NCBI GenBank assembly: GCA_963839425.1
Contig: CAWIUX010000005.1
Span: 258,991 to 322,990 of the forward strand
From: an uncultured Actinomycetes bacterium
GTDB lineage: Bacteria; Actinomycetota; Thermoleophilia; Gaiellales; Gaiellaceae
Reading direction: 5' to 3'
Length of the DNA stretch: 64,000 nt
Made by a program: the position numbers and the translations under genes. The number at the start of each line of letters is the position of its first letter. Within the stretch, counting starts at the first letter, position 1. The notes below the pieces were generated by a model. The model was not told the origin of the DNA and made no database searches. It was given only the letters and a program-made list of their open reading frames with translations. This document shows positions 8,859 to 19,081 of this stretch, piece by piece.

Positions 8859-9640
8859 GCGTCAAGGGCTTGATCTGCGCGGGCGGCGAGGCGACCCGGC
8901 TTGCCGAGCTGACGCGCGTCACGAACAAGCACCTGCTGCCGGTCGGGCGCTGGCCGATGGTCTACTACCCGCTCCAGCTCCTGCAGGCAGCCGGGGTGCG
9001 CGAGGTGCTGATCGTCACCGGCCAGGGCCATGCGGGCGACTTCATCGACCTGCTCGGCGACGGGAAGGTGCAGGAGCGGTCGGGCGACGGGCTCCTCTTC
9101 GACCTCGATCTGACCTACAAGGTGCAGACCGCTCCGGGCGGGATCGCGCAGGTGGTCGGCATGGCGGAGAGCTTCGCTGCCGGCGAGAAGCTCGTCGTCT
9201 GTCTCGGCGACAACCTGTTCGAGGTCGCCGAGGTGTCGGCCATCCGGGAGTGGGCCGACGGGGACGGCGGCGCGCTGATCTTCGTCAAGGAGGTGCCCGA
9301 TCCCGAGCGGTTCGGCGTCGTCGTCTACGGCGACGGCGACCGGGTCGTGGACGTCGTCGAGAAGGCGGGCCTCGTGGACATGCGGTACGCGGCGCCGCCG
9401 ACGAGCGACGCCGTCGTGGGGCTCTACTGCTACGACGCCGGAGTGTTCGACGTGATCCGCGACCTGGAGCCGTCCGCCCGCGGCGAGCTCGAGATCACCG
9501 ACGTGAACCGCGCCTACGCGGAGCGCGGGCGGCTGCAGGCGAGGCGCGTGAGCGGCTGGTGGCGCGACGCCGGCACGCACGAGGCGCTCGCCGAGATCGG
9601 CGCGCTCGTCGGCCGGACCGGAGCGAACCGGCCCGCGTGA
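8855..9640 (+). CDS. rmlA: Glucose-1-phosphate thymidylyltransferase-like sugar nucleotidyltransferase
   Basis: GLICAGGEATRL N-terminal nucleotidyltransferase motif. First gene of the translationally coupled rml operon. Confidence 0.8.
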   Translation: MSVKGLICAGGEATRLAELTRVTNKHLLPVGRWPMVYYPLQLLQAAGVREVLIVTGQGHAGDFIDLLGDGKVQERSGDGLLFDLDLTYKVQTAPGGIAQVVGMAESFAAGEKLVVCLGDNLFEVAEVSAIREWADGDGGALIFVKEVPDPERFGVVVYGDGDRVVDVVEKAGLVDMRYAAPPTSDAVVGLYCYDAGVFDVIRDLEPSARGELEITDVNRAYAERGRLQARRVSGWWRDAGTHEALAEIGALVGRTGANRPA

Positions 9641-10101
9641 TCGGCGGCGTCCAGCTCATCCCGCTGCGGCGCTTCGAGGACGAGCGCGGCTGGTTCGTCG
9701 AGCTGCGCCGCGACTCGCTCCTGCCGAAGCGGATGACGCAGACCAACGTCTCGTTCTCGCGCCAGGGCGTGATCCGAGGCCTTCACTACCACGAGCGAGG
9801 GCAGGACGATCTCTTCGCCTGCCTCCAGGGGAGCGCCCGCGTCGTCGTGCTCGATCGTGAGAGCGGCGAGGCGATGACCGTGGACATCGGTGAGGACAAC
9901 CCGGTCGCCGTGTACATCCCCGGCCGTCACGCGCACGGTTTCGAGGCGCTGACCGACGTGCTCTTCCTGTACCACGTCACCGAGGAGTACGACCCGGCCG
10001 ACCCCGACGAGCACACGATCGCGTGGAACGACCCGCGCGTCAGGCACCTGTGGACGATCACCGAGCCGATCCTCTCCGAGCGGGACGCCGCCGCGTCCTG
10101 A
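9637..10101 (+). CDS. rmlC: dTDP-4-dehydrorhamnose 3,5-epimerase
   Basis: FEDERGWF...RGLHYH...HGF cupin motifs. The GTG start overlaps the rmlA stop. Confidence 0.9.
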   Translation: MIGGVQLIPLRRFEDERGWFVELRRDSLLPKRMTQTNVSFSRQGVIRGLHYHERGQDDLFACLQGSARVVVLDRESGEAMTVDIGEDNPVAVYIPGRHAHGFEALTDVLFLYHVTEEYDPADPDEHTIAWNDPRVRHLWTITEPILSERDAAAS

Positions 10102-10886
10102 TCACCGGCGCCGGCGGCCAGCTCGGCCGCGCGCTGGCCGAGGCGTTCGCGGGCGACGACGTGCTCGCGCTGGACCGCACCGGCTGGGACGTGACGCACC
10201 CGGCGCCCGCGGGCCTGCTCGTGCCCGACCTCGTGCTGCACGCCGCCGCCTGGACGGACGTGGACGGCGCCGAAGACGACCCGCAGGGCGCTGCGGCGGT
10301 CAACGTCGGCGGGACGGCGCACGCGGCCGGGCTCGGCGCGCCGCTCGTCACCTTCTCCACGGACTACGTCTTCGACGGGCGCAAGGCCACGCCGTACGTC
10401 GAGTCGGATGCGCCGGGCCCGCTCGGTGCGTACGGCCGGACGAAGCTGCACGGCGAGGCTGCCGCCGGCGAGAGGGCGTGGATCGTGCGCAGCTCGTGGC
10501 TCTTCGCGCCCACGGGGCGCAACTTCGTGCGCACGTTGCTCCGGCTCGGCGCCGAGCGGGACGAGGTGGCCGTCGTGGCCGACCAGGTCGGCTGCCCGAC
10601 CTACGCCGGCCACCTGGCGGAGGCGACGCGGGCGCTCGTCGGGCTGCCCTTCGGCATCTGGCACCTCGCCGCGGCCGGCGAGTGCTCGTGGGCCGAGTTC
10701 GCCGAGGCGATCTTCGCGGAGGCCGGGCTCGACTGCCGCGTGCGGCGGATCACGGCGGCGGAGTACGGCGCGAGGGCGCCGCGACCGGCCTACTCCGTCC
10801 TGCGCAGCGAGCGCCCCGAAGCGCCGCGCCTGCCGCACTGGCGCGAAGGCCTGCGGGAGTGCCTGGCCGCGATCCGGGCCGGCTGA
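10023..10886 (+). CDS. rmlD: dTDP-4-dehydrorhamnose reductase
   Basis: VLITGAGGQLG Rossmann motif and STDYVFDG...YGRTKLHGE. The exact start is uncertain (ATG 10023, or internal near 10050-10098). Confidence 0.85.
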   Translation: MERPARQAPVDDHRADPLRAGRRRVLITGAGGQLGRALAEAFAGDDVLALDRTGWDVTHPAPAGLLVPDLVLHAAAWTDVDGAEDDPQGAAAVNVGGTAHAAGLGAPLVTFSTDYVFDGRKATPYVESDAPGPLGAYGRTKLHGEAAAGERAWIVRSSWLFAPTGRNFVRTLLRLGAERDEVAVVADQVGCPTYAGHLAEATRALVGLPFGIWHLAAAGECSWAEFAEAIFAEAGLDCRVRRITAAEYGARAPRPAYSVLRSERPEAPRLPHWREGLRECLAAIRAG

Positions 10887-10908
10887 GGCTGCCGCTACCC
10901 TTCGCCCG

Positions 10909-11903
10909 ATGCGCGTGCTCGTCACCGGCGGCGCCGGCTTCATCGGCTCGCACTTCGTCAAGCGCCTGCTCGCGCGCGGCGACGAGGTCGTCGTGCTCGA
11001 CGCCCTGCGTTACTCGAGCAACCTTGCGAACCTCCCGGCTGGGATCGACAACCTACCCGCCGACATCGCCAACGCCGAGGCCGTTCGCGGCGCTGCGGAT
11101 GGCTGCGACGCGATCGTCAACTTCGCCGCCGAGACGCACGTCGACCGCTCGATCCTGATTGCCGCCGAGTTCGCGAAGACCGAGATCGACGGGACGCGGA
11201 CGCTGCTGGAGGTCGTTCGGGAGCTTGGCATCCGCCTCGTCCAGGTCTCGACGGACGAGGTGTACGGCGACCTCGCCGCAGGCGGCTCCTCCGTCGAGAC
11301 CGACCCGGTCGCCCCGTCGAGCCCGTACAGCTGGGCGAAGGCGGCGAGCGACCTGATGATTCCCGCGTGGGTGCGCACGTACGGGGTCGACGCGCTGCTC
11401 ACGCGCGGCTCGAACACGTACGGGCCGAACCAGTACCCGGAGAAGCTGATCCCGCTTTTCATAACGAACGCGCTCGACGGTGAGCCGCTGCCGCTCTACG
11501 GCGACGGGCGACAGGTGCGCGACTGGCTCTGGGTCGAGGACCACTGCGCCGGGATCGAGCTCGTGCTCGATGGGGGTGTCGCGGGCGAGGCCTACAACGT
11601 CGGGGCGGGAGACGAGCGGCAGAACGTCGAGATCGCGGACCGCATCGTCGGGCTCACGGGAGCCGATGCCAGCTCTCATCCGCCACGTCTCGGACCGGCC
11701 CGGGCACGACCGGCGCTACTCGCTCGACAGCGGCAAGCTCCGCAGCGAGCTCAGCTGGGCGCCAGCGAAGAGCTTCGAGGAAGGGCTCGCCGAGACGGTC
11801 GCCTGGTACCGCGACAACCGCGCGTGGTGGGAGCCGATCAAGTCCGGCGAGCACTACAGCGACCTACTACGAGCGGCAGTACGCGGCACGCCTCAGGGGC
11901 TGA
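10909..11903 (+). pseudogene. rmlB: dTDP-glucose 4,6-dehydratase with two +1 frame disruptions near the 3' end
   Basis: VLVTGGAGFIGS...YSWAKAASD motifs. The frame goes 1 to 2 near 11674 (agcTctcatc), then 2 to 0 near 11864 (gacCtactac). The restored C-terminus reads ...SLIRHVSDRPGHDRRYSLD...DYYERQYAARLRG*. Confidence 0.85.
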
Positions 11904-11976
11904 GGCGGATTTGAGGGTTCCGTAAAGAACCCAGGTCTTTGTGAGGACGTCAGCTAGCCTCAGTCCGGGGTCTGCA

Positions 11977-13599
11977 ATGCGGCGCACGCTCGTCTCCCTC
12001 ATCACGCTCGGCTCGACGCTTCTTCTCGCCGCGTCTGCTTCGCCGCAGGCCGAGCAGCCGAAGCCCGTCGTCGCGACGACCTTCCTGATCAGCGGCAAGG
12101 GCTGGGGGCACGGCGCCGGGATGGCCCAGTGGGGCGCTCGCGGATTCGCCGAGCAGGAGGGATTCACCTTCGAGCAGATCCTCGGCCACTACTACCCCGG
12201 CACGGAGCTGACGCGGGCAGACGTGACGCAGGTGCGGGTCCTGCTCGCAGACGGGGTAAAGCGACTCGCGATCTCCTCGGAGGCGCCGTTCCGCGTCCGC
12301 GACGCCGCCGCGACGACCTACGACCTTCCCGCGGGCGAGCTCGCGCTCGGCCCGGATCTGACCCTGCCTCTGAACGGGGAGCTATCCCAGCTCCAGGGGC
12401 CGCTCGTCTTCCAGCCGGGCAGGGGAGCATTCCTCGCGCTCGGCGGCAAGCCCTATCGCGGAGAGCTCCAGGTCACCTCGACCGGCAACGCCCTGACCGC
12501 GATCGACTACGTGGGCCTGGAGCAGTACCTCTGGAGCGTCGTCCCGGGCGAGATGCCGGGCGATTGGCCGCCGGAGGCGCTGAAGGCGCAGGCGGTCGCC
12601 GCCCGCACCTATGCGCTCTCGTCGCTGCTGAAGGGCAGAAGCTTCGACCTCTACCCGGACGTCCGCAGTCAGGTCTACCTCGGCCTGCCGGGCGAGGACA
12701 CGCGGACGACAGCGGCCGTGAAGGCGACCGCGGGCCGAGCGCTCTTCTTCGGCGGGAAGCCCGCGATCGCCCTCTTCAGCTCGAGTTCGGGCGGCCGGAC
12801 GGCCGACGGGGCGGAGGTGCTGAACGGGCCACAGCCGTACCTCGTCTCCGTGCCCGATCCGTACGACACGCTTTCGCCCTGGCATCGCTGGGGCCCGGTC
12901 GTCGTCAGCGCGGCGAAGGTGCGCAAGGCGCTGAAGCTCGTCGCGCCCGTGGTCGACCTGAAGACGGTGCTCGGCCCGTCGGGCCGCGTGCGGGCGGTCA
13001 ACGTGACGACCGCAGCAAGCGGGGCGACGGTCTCGGGCAGCGGCCTGCGGTTCGCGCTCGGACTCCGCTCGACCTGGATCTCGATCGCCGCGCTGACCCT
13101 GCAGCGGCCCGGCGGCCCGGTCGTCTACGGATCGAGGACCACCCTGAGCGGATCGGTCAGGGGCGTCAAGACCGTCTCGCTCGAGGCCCGAGGGCTCGGC
13201 GCCCAGCCCTGGGCGCCGGCCGCCGAGATCGCGCCGGCTGCCGACGGGACGTTCTCGCTCGTCGTCAAGCCGGCTGCGACGACGATCTACCGTCTGGTCG
13301 CCGCCGGCGGCGGCCAGACGGTGCTGAAGGTGCCCGTCGCGCCGCGCGTTCGCCTTTCCCGGGTGCAGGAGCCGGGCGCGCTCAGCGGTACCACGCGGCC
13401 GCTGCTCCCCGGCGCGCTCGTCGAGATCCAGAGGCTCGAGGGAGATCAGTGGCTCCTCGCGGCGGAGGCGGTCGTCGGTGAGCGGAGCGCATTCCGTGCC
13501 GAGTTCGGCGCCGCTCCCGGCACGTACCGGGCTCGGTTCGCTCCGGCTCAGGGGTTCGCCGAGGGGATCTCGCCGGAGCTGGAGGTCGGCGCGCCGTGA
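11977..13599 (+). CDS. SpoIID/LytB domain-containing protein (secreted)
   Basis: Signal peptide MRRTLVSLITLGSTLLLAASA. GKGWGHGAGMAQWGA...ALKAQAVAARTYA...SSSSGGRT SpoIID motifs. Confidence 0.85.
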   Translation: MRRTLVSLITLGSTLLLAASASPQAEQPKPVVATTFLISGKGWGHGAGMAQWGARGFAEQEGFTFEQILGHYYPGTELTRADVTQVRVLLADGVKRLAISSEAPFRVRDAAATTYDLPAGELALGPDLTLPLNGELSQLQGPLVFQPGRGAFLALGGKPYRGELQVTSTGNALTAIDYVGLEQYLWSVVPGEMPGDWPPEALKAQAVAARTYALSSLLKGRSFDLYPDVRSQVYLGLPGEDTRTTAAVKATAGRALFFGGKPAIALFSSSSGGRTADGAEVLNGPQPYLVSVPDPYDTLSPWHRWGPVVVSAAKVRKALKLVAPVVDLKTVLGPSGRVRAVNVTTAASGATVSGSGLRFALGLRSTWISIAALTLQRPGGPVVYGSRTTLSGSVRGVKTVSLEARGLGAQPWAPAAEIAPAADGTFSLVVKPAATTIYRLVAAGGGQTVLKVPVAPRVRLSRVQEPGALSGTTRPLLPGALVEIQRLEGDQWLLAAEAVVGERSAFRAEFGAAPGTYRARFAPAQGFAEGISPELEVGAP

Positions 13600-15065
13600 T
13601 CCGCACTGGCCTCGCCGTGCTCGTGCTCGCGCTCGTGGCCGTCTCGACGGCCGCGGGCGAGCGCTCCAGGTCCGCGTTCGCTCCCAACGACCCGCTCCAC
13701 GCCCGCCAGTGGTACGCGACCCAGAACCGGGCCTTCGACTTCTGGGCGGACTTGGCGGAGCTCCCGCTGCTGCCGCCCGTGCGCGTGGCGGTGATCGACT
13801 CCGGAATCGACGCCGGCCATCCCGAGTTCGCCGGCAAGATCGTGGCGGCCAAGAGCTTCGTCGGCGGCTCGGCGCTCCGGGACGAGCAGGGCCACGGGAC
13901 GTTCGTCGCCGGGCTGATCGCCGCCGCCGTGAACAACGCCGAGGGGATCGCCGGGCTCGCGCCGTCTGCCGAGCTGCTCGTTGCGAAGGTCGTGACGGCC
14001 GATCGCAACATCTCGGTGGAGGCCGAGGCGAAGGCGATCCGCTGGGCGGTCGAGAACGGCGCCGACGTCATCAACATGAGCCTCGGCGGCGTGCGCGACC
14101 CGCTCGACCCGGGTCGCGACACGTTCTCTCCGCTCGAGTCGGCCGCGATCGCCTATGCGGTGAGCAAGGGCGTCGTCGTCGTCGCGGCTGTCGGCAACTC
14201 GGACCAGGCGCCGGAGATCCCCTGGCGCTACGCGAGCTACCCCGCCGCCCTGCCGCACGTGCTCGGCGTGAGCGCGCTCGCCAAGGACGGCTCGGCACCC
14301 ATCTTCTCCAACCGCGACGCGATCTACAACGACGTCGCAGCGCCCGGCGAGGAGATCCTCTCGACGCTACCCCGAGCGTTGACCGCGGAGAGCCCGGCGT
14401 GCCCCGAGCAGGGCTACTCGCCGTGCGGCCCCGACGAGTACCGCGAGGCCGAGGGCACGTCCTTCGCGGCGCCGCAGGTGAGCGCCGCCGCCGCCGTCCT
14501 GCTCGCCGTGCGGCCCTCGCTCCGACCCGAGCAGGTGACGGCGATCCTCGAGCGCAGTGCCGTCGACTCCACCCCGGGGAACGGCTGCCACCGCTGCCTC
14601 TACCTGCGCGACTCGTTCACCGGCTGGGGCCGCCTCGACGTCACGGCCGCGCTCGAGGCGCTCGCGCATGAGCTGCCTCCCGCCGACTCTTACGAGACCA
14701 ACGACGACGCGGGCGAGCGTTCCTACCGGCTCTTCTTTCGCGGCGCCTCGCGCCGCCTAGCGGCGACGCTCGACTACTGGGACGATCAGAGCGACGTCTA
14801 CGCCGTCCGGCTCGGCAGGGGACAGGCGATCTACGCCGGCCTCAAGGGCGACGCCGCGCTCGACCTGAGCCTCGCCGTCTGGAGCCCGGCCACGGAGAGC
14901 GTCGACGACCTGCGCCACCAGGAGCTGCGCGTACGCGAGTCGTCCCGCCCCGGCCCGCGGGAGTACCTGGCCTACCGTGCGCCCGCCGCCGGCTGGTACT
15001 TCCTCGAGGTGAAGGTCGCCGCCCCCGGCGGCGGCAGCTATCGGCTCACGCTCGTAAAGGCGTAG
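13596..15065 (+). CDS. S8 family (subtilisin-like) serine peptidase, secreted
   Basis: Catalytic triad motifs DSGID, HGTFVAG and GTSFAAPQVS. The GTG start overlaps the preceding stop. Confidence 0.85.
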   Translation: MIRTGLAVLVLALVAVSTAAGERSRSAFAPNDPLHARQWYATQNRAFDFWADLAELPLLPPVRVAVIDSGIDAGHPEFAGKIVAAKSFVGGSALRDEQGHGTFVAGLIAAAVNNAEGIAGLAPSAELLVAKVVTADRNISVEAEAKAIRWAVENGADVINMSLGGVRDPLDPGRDTFSPLESAAIAYAVSKGVVVVAAVGNSDQAPEIPWRYASYPAALPHVLGVSALAKDGSAPIFSNRDAIYNDVAAPGEEILSTLPRALTAESPACPEQGYSPCGPDEYREAEGTSFAAPQVSAAAAVLLAVRPSLRPEQVTAILERSAVDSTPGNGCHRCLYLRDSFTGWGRLDVTAALEALAHELPPADSYETNDDAGERSYRLFFRGASRRLAATLDYWDDQSDVYAVRLGRGQAIYAGLKGDAALDLSLAVWSPATESVDDLRHQELRVRESSRPGPREYLAYRAPAAGWYFLEVKVAAPGGGSYRLTLVKA

Positions 15066-15069
15066 ATGG

Positions 15070-15708
15070 CTAGAGCAGCTCGTCGTCGGCGACGTCGCGC
15101 AGCACGCGGGCGGGGTTTCCGACGACGACGACGCGCGGCGGAACGTCCTTCGTCACGACGGCGCCCGCGCCCACGAAGGCCTCCTCGCCGACCTCGATCC
15201 CGGGGCAGAGGATCGCGCCACCGCCGATGCGGGCGCCGCGGCGGATCGTCGGCCCCTTGACCAGCCCGTGGCGCCGCTCCGTGCGGCCCATGAAGTTGTC
15301 GTTCGTCGTCACGACGCAGGGCGCGATGAAGACGTGCTCCTCGAGCGTCGAGTAGGCGGTGATGTACGCGTCCGCCTGGATCTTCGTCAGCGCGCCGACG
15401 GTCGTGTCGTTCTCGACGAGCGAGCCGCGGCCGATGACGACGTCGTCGCCGATCGCGCAGCGCTCGCGGATGCAGGCCTGGTCGCCCACGATCACGCGCG
15501 CGCCGATGGTCGTCCCGGCGAAGACGATCGCGCCCGTGGAGACGATCGCGCCCGGCCCGAGCTCGGCCGGGGGCAGCGGCTCCCGCTTCGCGGTCGAGCG
15601 CGGCGAGAGCACGGGCTGCTTGCCGACGACGGCGCCCTCGAGCACCCTCACGCCCTCGCCGAGCACCGTCCCTGGGTACACGATCGCGCTCGGATGCACC
15701 TCATGCAC
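15070..15708 (-). CDS. Left-handed beta-helix (hexapeptide repeat) N-acetyltransferase, WbpD/WlbB-like
   Basis: 212 aa with hexapeptide repeats throughout. Last gene of the UDP-sugar operon. Confidence 0.8.
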   Translation of the reverse strand: MHEVHPSAIVYPGTVLGEGVRVLEGAVVGKQPVLSPRSTAKREPLPPAELGPGAIVSTGAIVFAGTTIGARVIVGDQACIRERCAIGDDVVIGRGSLVENDTTVGALTKIQADAYITAYSTLEEHVFIAPCVVTTNDNFMGRTERRHGLVKGPTIRRGARIGGGAILCPGIEVGEEAFVGAGAVVTKDVPPRVVVVGNPARVLRDVADDELL

Positions 15709-16669
15709 GGAGCGACTCCGTCAGCCGCTCGAGCGCGCGCACGACGACCCCTCCGTCGGCGGCCACCTGCCCGCGGTCCCCGTCGCCGGCGATGAGGCGC
15801 AGGAACGCCTGGCACTCGAGCTTGAGGGGCTCGTCGTTGGAGATCTTCGGGCAGAAGATGTCGCCGGTGCGGGTCACCCACTCGCCGTAGCTCTCGGCCT
15901 CCTGTAGCGGCGCCTTGTCGTAGACCGTGATCTTGCGCTCGAGCTCCATGTCGTCGAAGACGGCCATCTTCTCGCGCCCGACGACGGTCATCTTCCGCAT
16001 CTTGTGCGGGTCGAGCCACGACAGGTGCATGTGTGCGATCTTCCCGGAGGGGAAGCGGAGGTAGCAGAAGACGACGTCCTCGACGCCCGGCGTGAGAAAG
16101 CTGTTGCCGTGGGCGACCGCCTCGACCGGCTCCTCGCCGACGAGGTAGAGGATGACCGAGAGGTCGTGCACGCCGAGTGACCAGAGCGCGTTCTCGTTCG
16201 TGCGCACGATCCCCAGGTTCTGGCGGTTGCCGTAGACGCAGAGCACGTCGCCGAGCGCGCCGGCGTCGATCAGCTCCTTCAGCTTCAGCACGCCCGGGTG
16301 GTAGAGCAGGAGATGGCCCGGCATGAGCACGAGGTCGCGCTCCGCGGCGAGCGCGACGAGCTCCTCCATCTCGGCGCCGTGCATCGCCGGCGGCTTCTCG
16401 ACGAGCACGTGCTTGCCCGCCTCGAGCGCCCGTTTCGCGAGCTCGTAGTGGGTCGGCACCGGCGTCGCGATCACGACCGCGTCGAGGGCCGGGTCGGCGA
16501 GCACCTCGTCGAAGTCGCCCGTCGCCCGCGCCCGCGGGTGCCGCGCGGCGAAGCGCTCGTGCTTACCCGGATCGAGGTCGCAGAGCCAGGTGAGCTCCGC
16601 GATGTCGTCGAAGTTCCGCGCCAGGTTCGGCCCCCAGTAGCCGAGCCCCGCGACGGCGACGCGCGTCAC
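15701..16669 (-). CDS. Gfo/Idh/MocA family oxidoreductase, WbpB-like
   Basis: VAVAGLGYWGPNLARN Rossmann N-terminus and EKPPA motif. GTG 16669 overlaps the upstream stop (GTGA). Confidence 0.85.
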   Translation of the reverse strand: MTRVAVAGLGYWGPNLARNFDDIAELTWLCDLDPGKHERFAARHPRARATGDFDEVLADPALDAVVIATPVPTHYELAKRALEAGKHVLVEKPPAMHGAEMEELVALAAERDLVLMPGHLLLYHPGVLKLKELIDAGALGDVLCVYGNRQNLGIVRTNENALWSLGVHDLSVILYLVGEEPVEAVAHGNSFLTPGVEDVVFCYLRFPSGKIAHMHLSWLDPHKMRKMTVVGREKMAVFDDMELERKITVYDKAPLQEAESYGEWVTRTGDIFCPKISNDEPLKLECQAFLRLIAGDGDRGQVAADGGVVVRALERLTESLRA

Positions 16670-17931
16670 AGCTTCCAGACCTTGCCGTTGCGCGTGCCGT
16701 TGCGGCCGGTCGCGTTGCGGAAGTCCACGACCACTTTCGCCCGCTCGACGAGCGCGTCGTAGTCGATCCCCGAGTGGGCCGTGACGATGACGACGCAGTC
16801 GTGCGCGCCGGGGTCGAGCGGCACCGAGCGCAGCTCCAGCCCGTGCTCGCGCAGCTCGGGCACGTACGGATCGTGGTAGGCGACGGCGGCGCCCGCGTTC
16901 GCGAGCAGCTCGATGAGCTTCAGCGCCGGCGACTCGCGCATGTCGCCGATGTCGGCCTTGTAGGCGACGCCGAGCACGAGCACCTTCGAGTCCTTCAGCG
17001 AGAGCCCGGCACCGTGGTTCAGCGCCTGCGAGACGAGCGAGCGGCAGTGGTACGGCATGTTGTTGTTGACCTCGCCCGCCAGCTCGATGAAGCGCGTCGT
17101 GAAGTCGAACTCGCGCGCCTTCCACGTCAGGTAGAAGGGGTCGATCGGGATGCAGTGGCCGCCGAGGCCCGGCCCCGGCTTGAAGCTCATGAAGCCGAAC
17201 GGCTTGGTGGCCGCCGCGTCCACGACCTCCCAGACGTCGATCTTCATCCGCTCGCAGAGCATCGCCAGCTCGTTGACGAGCGCGATGTTCACCGAGCGGA
17301 AGATGTTCTCGAGCAGCTTCGTCAGCTCGGCGACCTCGGGCGAGGAGACGCGGTGCACGGTGTCGAGCGCGGCGCCGTACAGCTCCGCGGCACGCTCGGT
17401 GCAGGCGTCGGTGATCCCGCCGACGACCTTCGGCACGTTCCTCGTCGTGAAGTCGGTGCGGCCGGGGTCCACGCGCTCCGGCGAGAACGCGAGGTGGAAG
17501 TCGGTGCCGACCTTCAGGCCGGTGCGCTCGAGGATCGGCAGCAACTCCTCCCGTGTCGTGCCGGGGTAGGTCGTCGACTCGAGCACGACGAGGTGGCCCT
17601 TGCGCAGCCGCTTGGCGATCTCCTCGGTCGCGCCGAGCACGATCGAGAGGTCGGGCTCCCGCTGCCGCGAGAGCGGCGTCGGGAGCGCGATCAGGATCGC
17701 GTCCGCCTCGCGCAGGGCGTCGTACTCGGTCGTCGCCGTGAGGCCGCTCTCGACCAGCCGCTTCAGCGTCTCGGAGGGAACGTCCTCGATGTAGCTCTCG
17801 CCGCGGTTCAGGCGCTCGACGCGGCTCGCGTCCACGTCCACGAGCAGGACGGAGCGGCCCGCCTCGGCGAAGACCTGGGCGAGGGGCACGCCGACGTAGC
17901 CGGCGCCGACGATGGCGACGTCGTGGCTCAT
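16666..17931 (-). CDS. UDP-N-acetyl-D-glucosamine/mannosamine 6-dehydrogenase (nucleotide-sugar dehydrogenase, WbpA/WecC-like)
   Basis: VAIVGAGYVGVPLA and GGHCIPIDP catalytic Cys motif. ATG 17931 overlaps the wecB stop (ATGA). Confidence 0.85.
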   Translation of the reverse strand: MSHDVAIVGAGYVGVPLAQVFAEAGRSVLLVDVDASRVERLNRGESYIEDVPSETLKRLVESGLTATTEYDALREADAILIALPTPLSRQREPDLSIVLGATEEIAKRLRKGHLVVLESTTYPGTTREELLPILERTGLKVGTDFHLAFSPERVDPGRTDFTTRNVPKVVGGITDACTERAAELYGAALDTVHRVSSPEVAELTKLLENIFRSVNIALVNELAMLCERMKIDVWEVVDAAATKPFGFMSFKPGPGLGGHCIPIDPFYLTWKAREFDFTTRFIELAGEVNNNMPYHCRSLVSQALNHGAGLSLKDSKVLVLGVAYKADIGDMRESPALKLIELLANAGAAVAYHDPYVPELREHGLELRSVPLDPGAHDCVVIVTAHSGIDYDALVERAKVVVDFRNATGRNGTRNGKVWKL

Positions 17932-18983
17932 CGGGGGGGAAGCGTACCGCGGAGGGTGGCCGCGACCCGCTCCGACGCGTGCCCGTCGCCGTAGAGCGGC
18001 GGCCGGTGATCCGGCATCCGGGCGCCCGCGACGGCTGCGACGAGCGCGGCCGGATCGTCGTCCACGAGCGTGTTCGCGCCCAGCTCGACGGTGTCCGCCC
18101 ACTCCGTCGAGGGCCGCAGCGTCACGCAGGGGACGCCGTGCCAGTAGGCCTCCTTCTGCAGGCCGCCGGAGTCGGTGAGAACCGCTCGGGCCCGCCGGCA
18201 GAGCAGGCTGAAGTCGAGGTAGCCCAGGGGTTCGCAGAGGTTGACGTGCGGCCCGAGCGCGAGGCCCTCGCGCTCGAGCGCCGCGCGCGTCCGCGGGTGG
18301 GCGGGGAAGACGACGGGCTCGGCGAGCCTGTTCAGTCCCTCGACGATGCGGCCGAGCCGCGGCTGCGCGACGTTCGCCTCGCGGTGCACAGTGCAGACGA
18401 GGTAGCCGCCGGGCTCGACGCCGAAGCGCTCGAGCGCGTGCGATCTCCGCGCCGCGAGCGGCGCGAGCGTGAAGCAGGCGTCCGCCATCACGTCACCGAC
18501 GACCTCGATCCGGCCGGCGACTCCCTCCGCGCGCAGCGTCCCGGCGGAGCGCTCGTCGGGGCAGAGCAGGAGCTCGGCGAGCCGGTCGACCTCGATCCGG
18601 TTGCGCTCCTCCGGCATGCCGAAGTCGCCGCTGCGCAGGCCCGCCTCGACGTGCGCGACCGGCACGCCCGCCTCGACTCCCGCACGTCCTCCCGCGGCGG
18701 TCGAGTTCGTGTCCCCGTAGACGAGGACCCAGTCCGGCGCCTCGGCGCCGACCGCGGCGAGGATCGCCGGCTGCATCGCCCGGGCGTCCGCCGTGCGGAG
18801 GTCGAGCCGGTAGGCCGGCTCGGCGAGAGCGAGCTCCTCGAAGAAGACGCGCGACAGCTCGTCGTCCCAGTGCTGCCCGGTGTGGACGACGACCTCCTCG
18901 ATGCCGGCCGCGCGCAGCGCAACGGACAGGGGCCCCGACTTGACGAACTGCGGCCGGTTGCCGACGACGGAGAGCACCTTCAC
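17928..18983 (-). CDS. wecB: UDP-N-acetylglucosamine 2-epimerase (non-hydrolysing)
   Basis: 351 aa. MKVLSVVGNRPQFVK...GDTNST...DSGGLQKEA motifs. Confidence 0.9.
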   Translation of the reverse strand: MKVLSVVGNRPQFVKSGPLSVALRAAGIEEVVVHTGQHWDDELSRVFFEELALAEPAYRLDLRTADARAMQPAILAAVGAEAPDWVLVYGDTNSTAAGGRAGVEAGVPVAHVEAGLRSGDFGMPEERNRIEVDRLAELLLCPDERSAGTLRAEGVAGRIEVVGDVMADACFTLAPLAARRSHALERFGVEPGGYLVCTVHREANVAQPRLGRIVEGLNRLAEPVVFPAHPRTRAALEREGLALGPHVNLCEPLGYLDFSLLCRRARAVLTDSGGLQKEAYWHGVPCVTLRPSTEWADTVELGANTLVDDDPAALVAAVAGARMPDHRPPLYGDGHASERVAATLRGTLPPR

Positions 18984-19001
18984 GCCGCGGAGCCTAGAGA
19001 G

Positions 19002-19037
19002 AGTACATGGGCCGTGAAGGATTCGAACCTTCGACCT
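19002..19037 (-). repeat. Partial copy of the tRNA-Lys 3' end (att-like direct repeat)
   Basis: 19008-19037 is identical to 30689-30718 (variable loop, T-arm and 3' acceptor strand of the tRNA). The match extends to 19002 vs 30683 with 1 mismatch. Confidence 0.8.
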
Positions 19038-19081
19038 GCCACAAGGATCGCGGTGGCGATCCCGCTGCGGTGGAGCGACTC

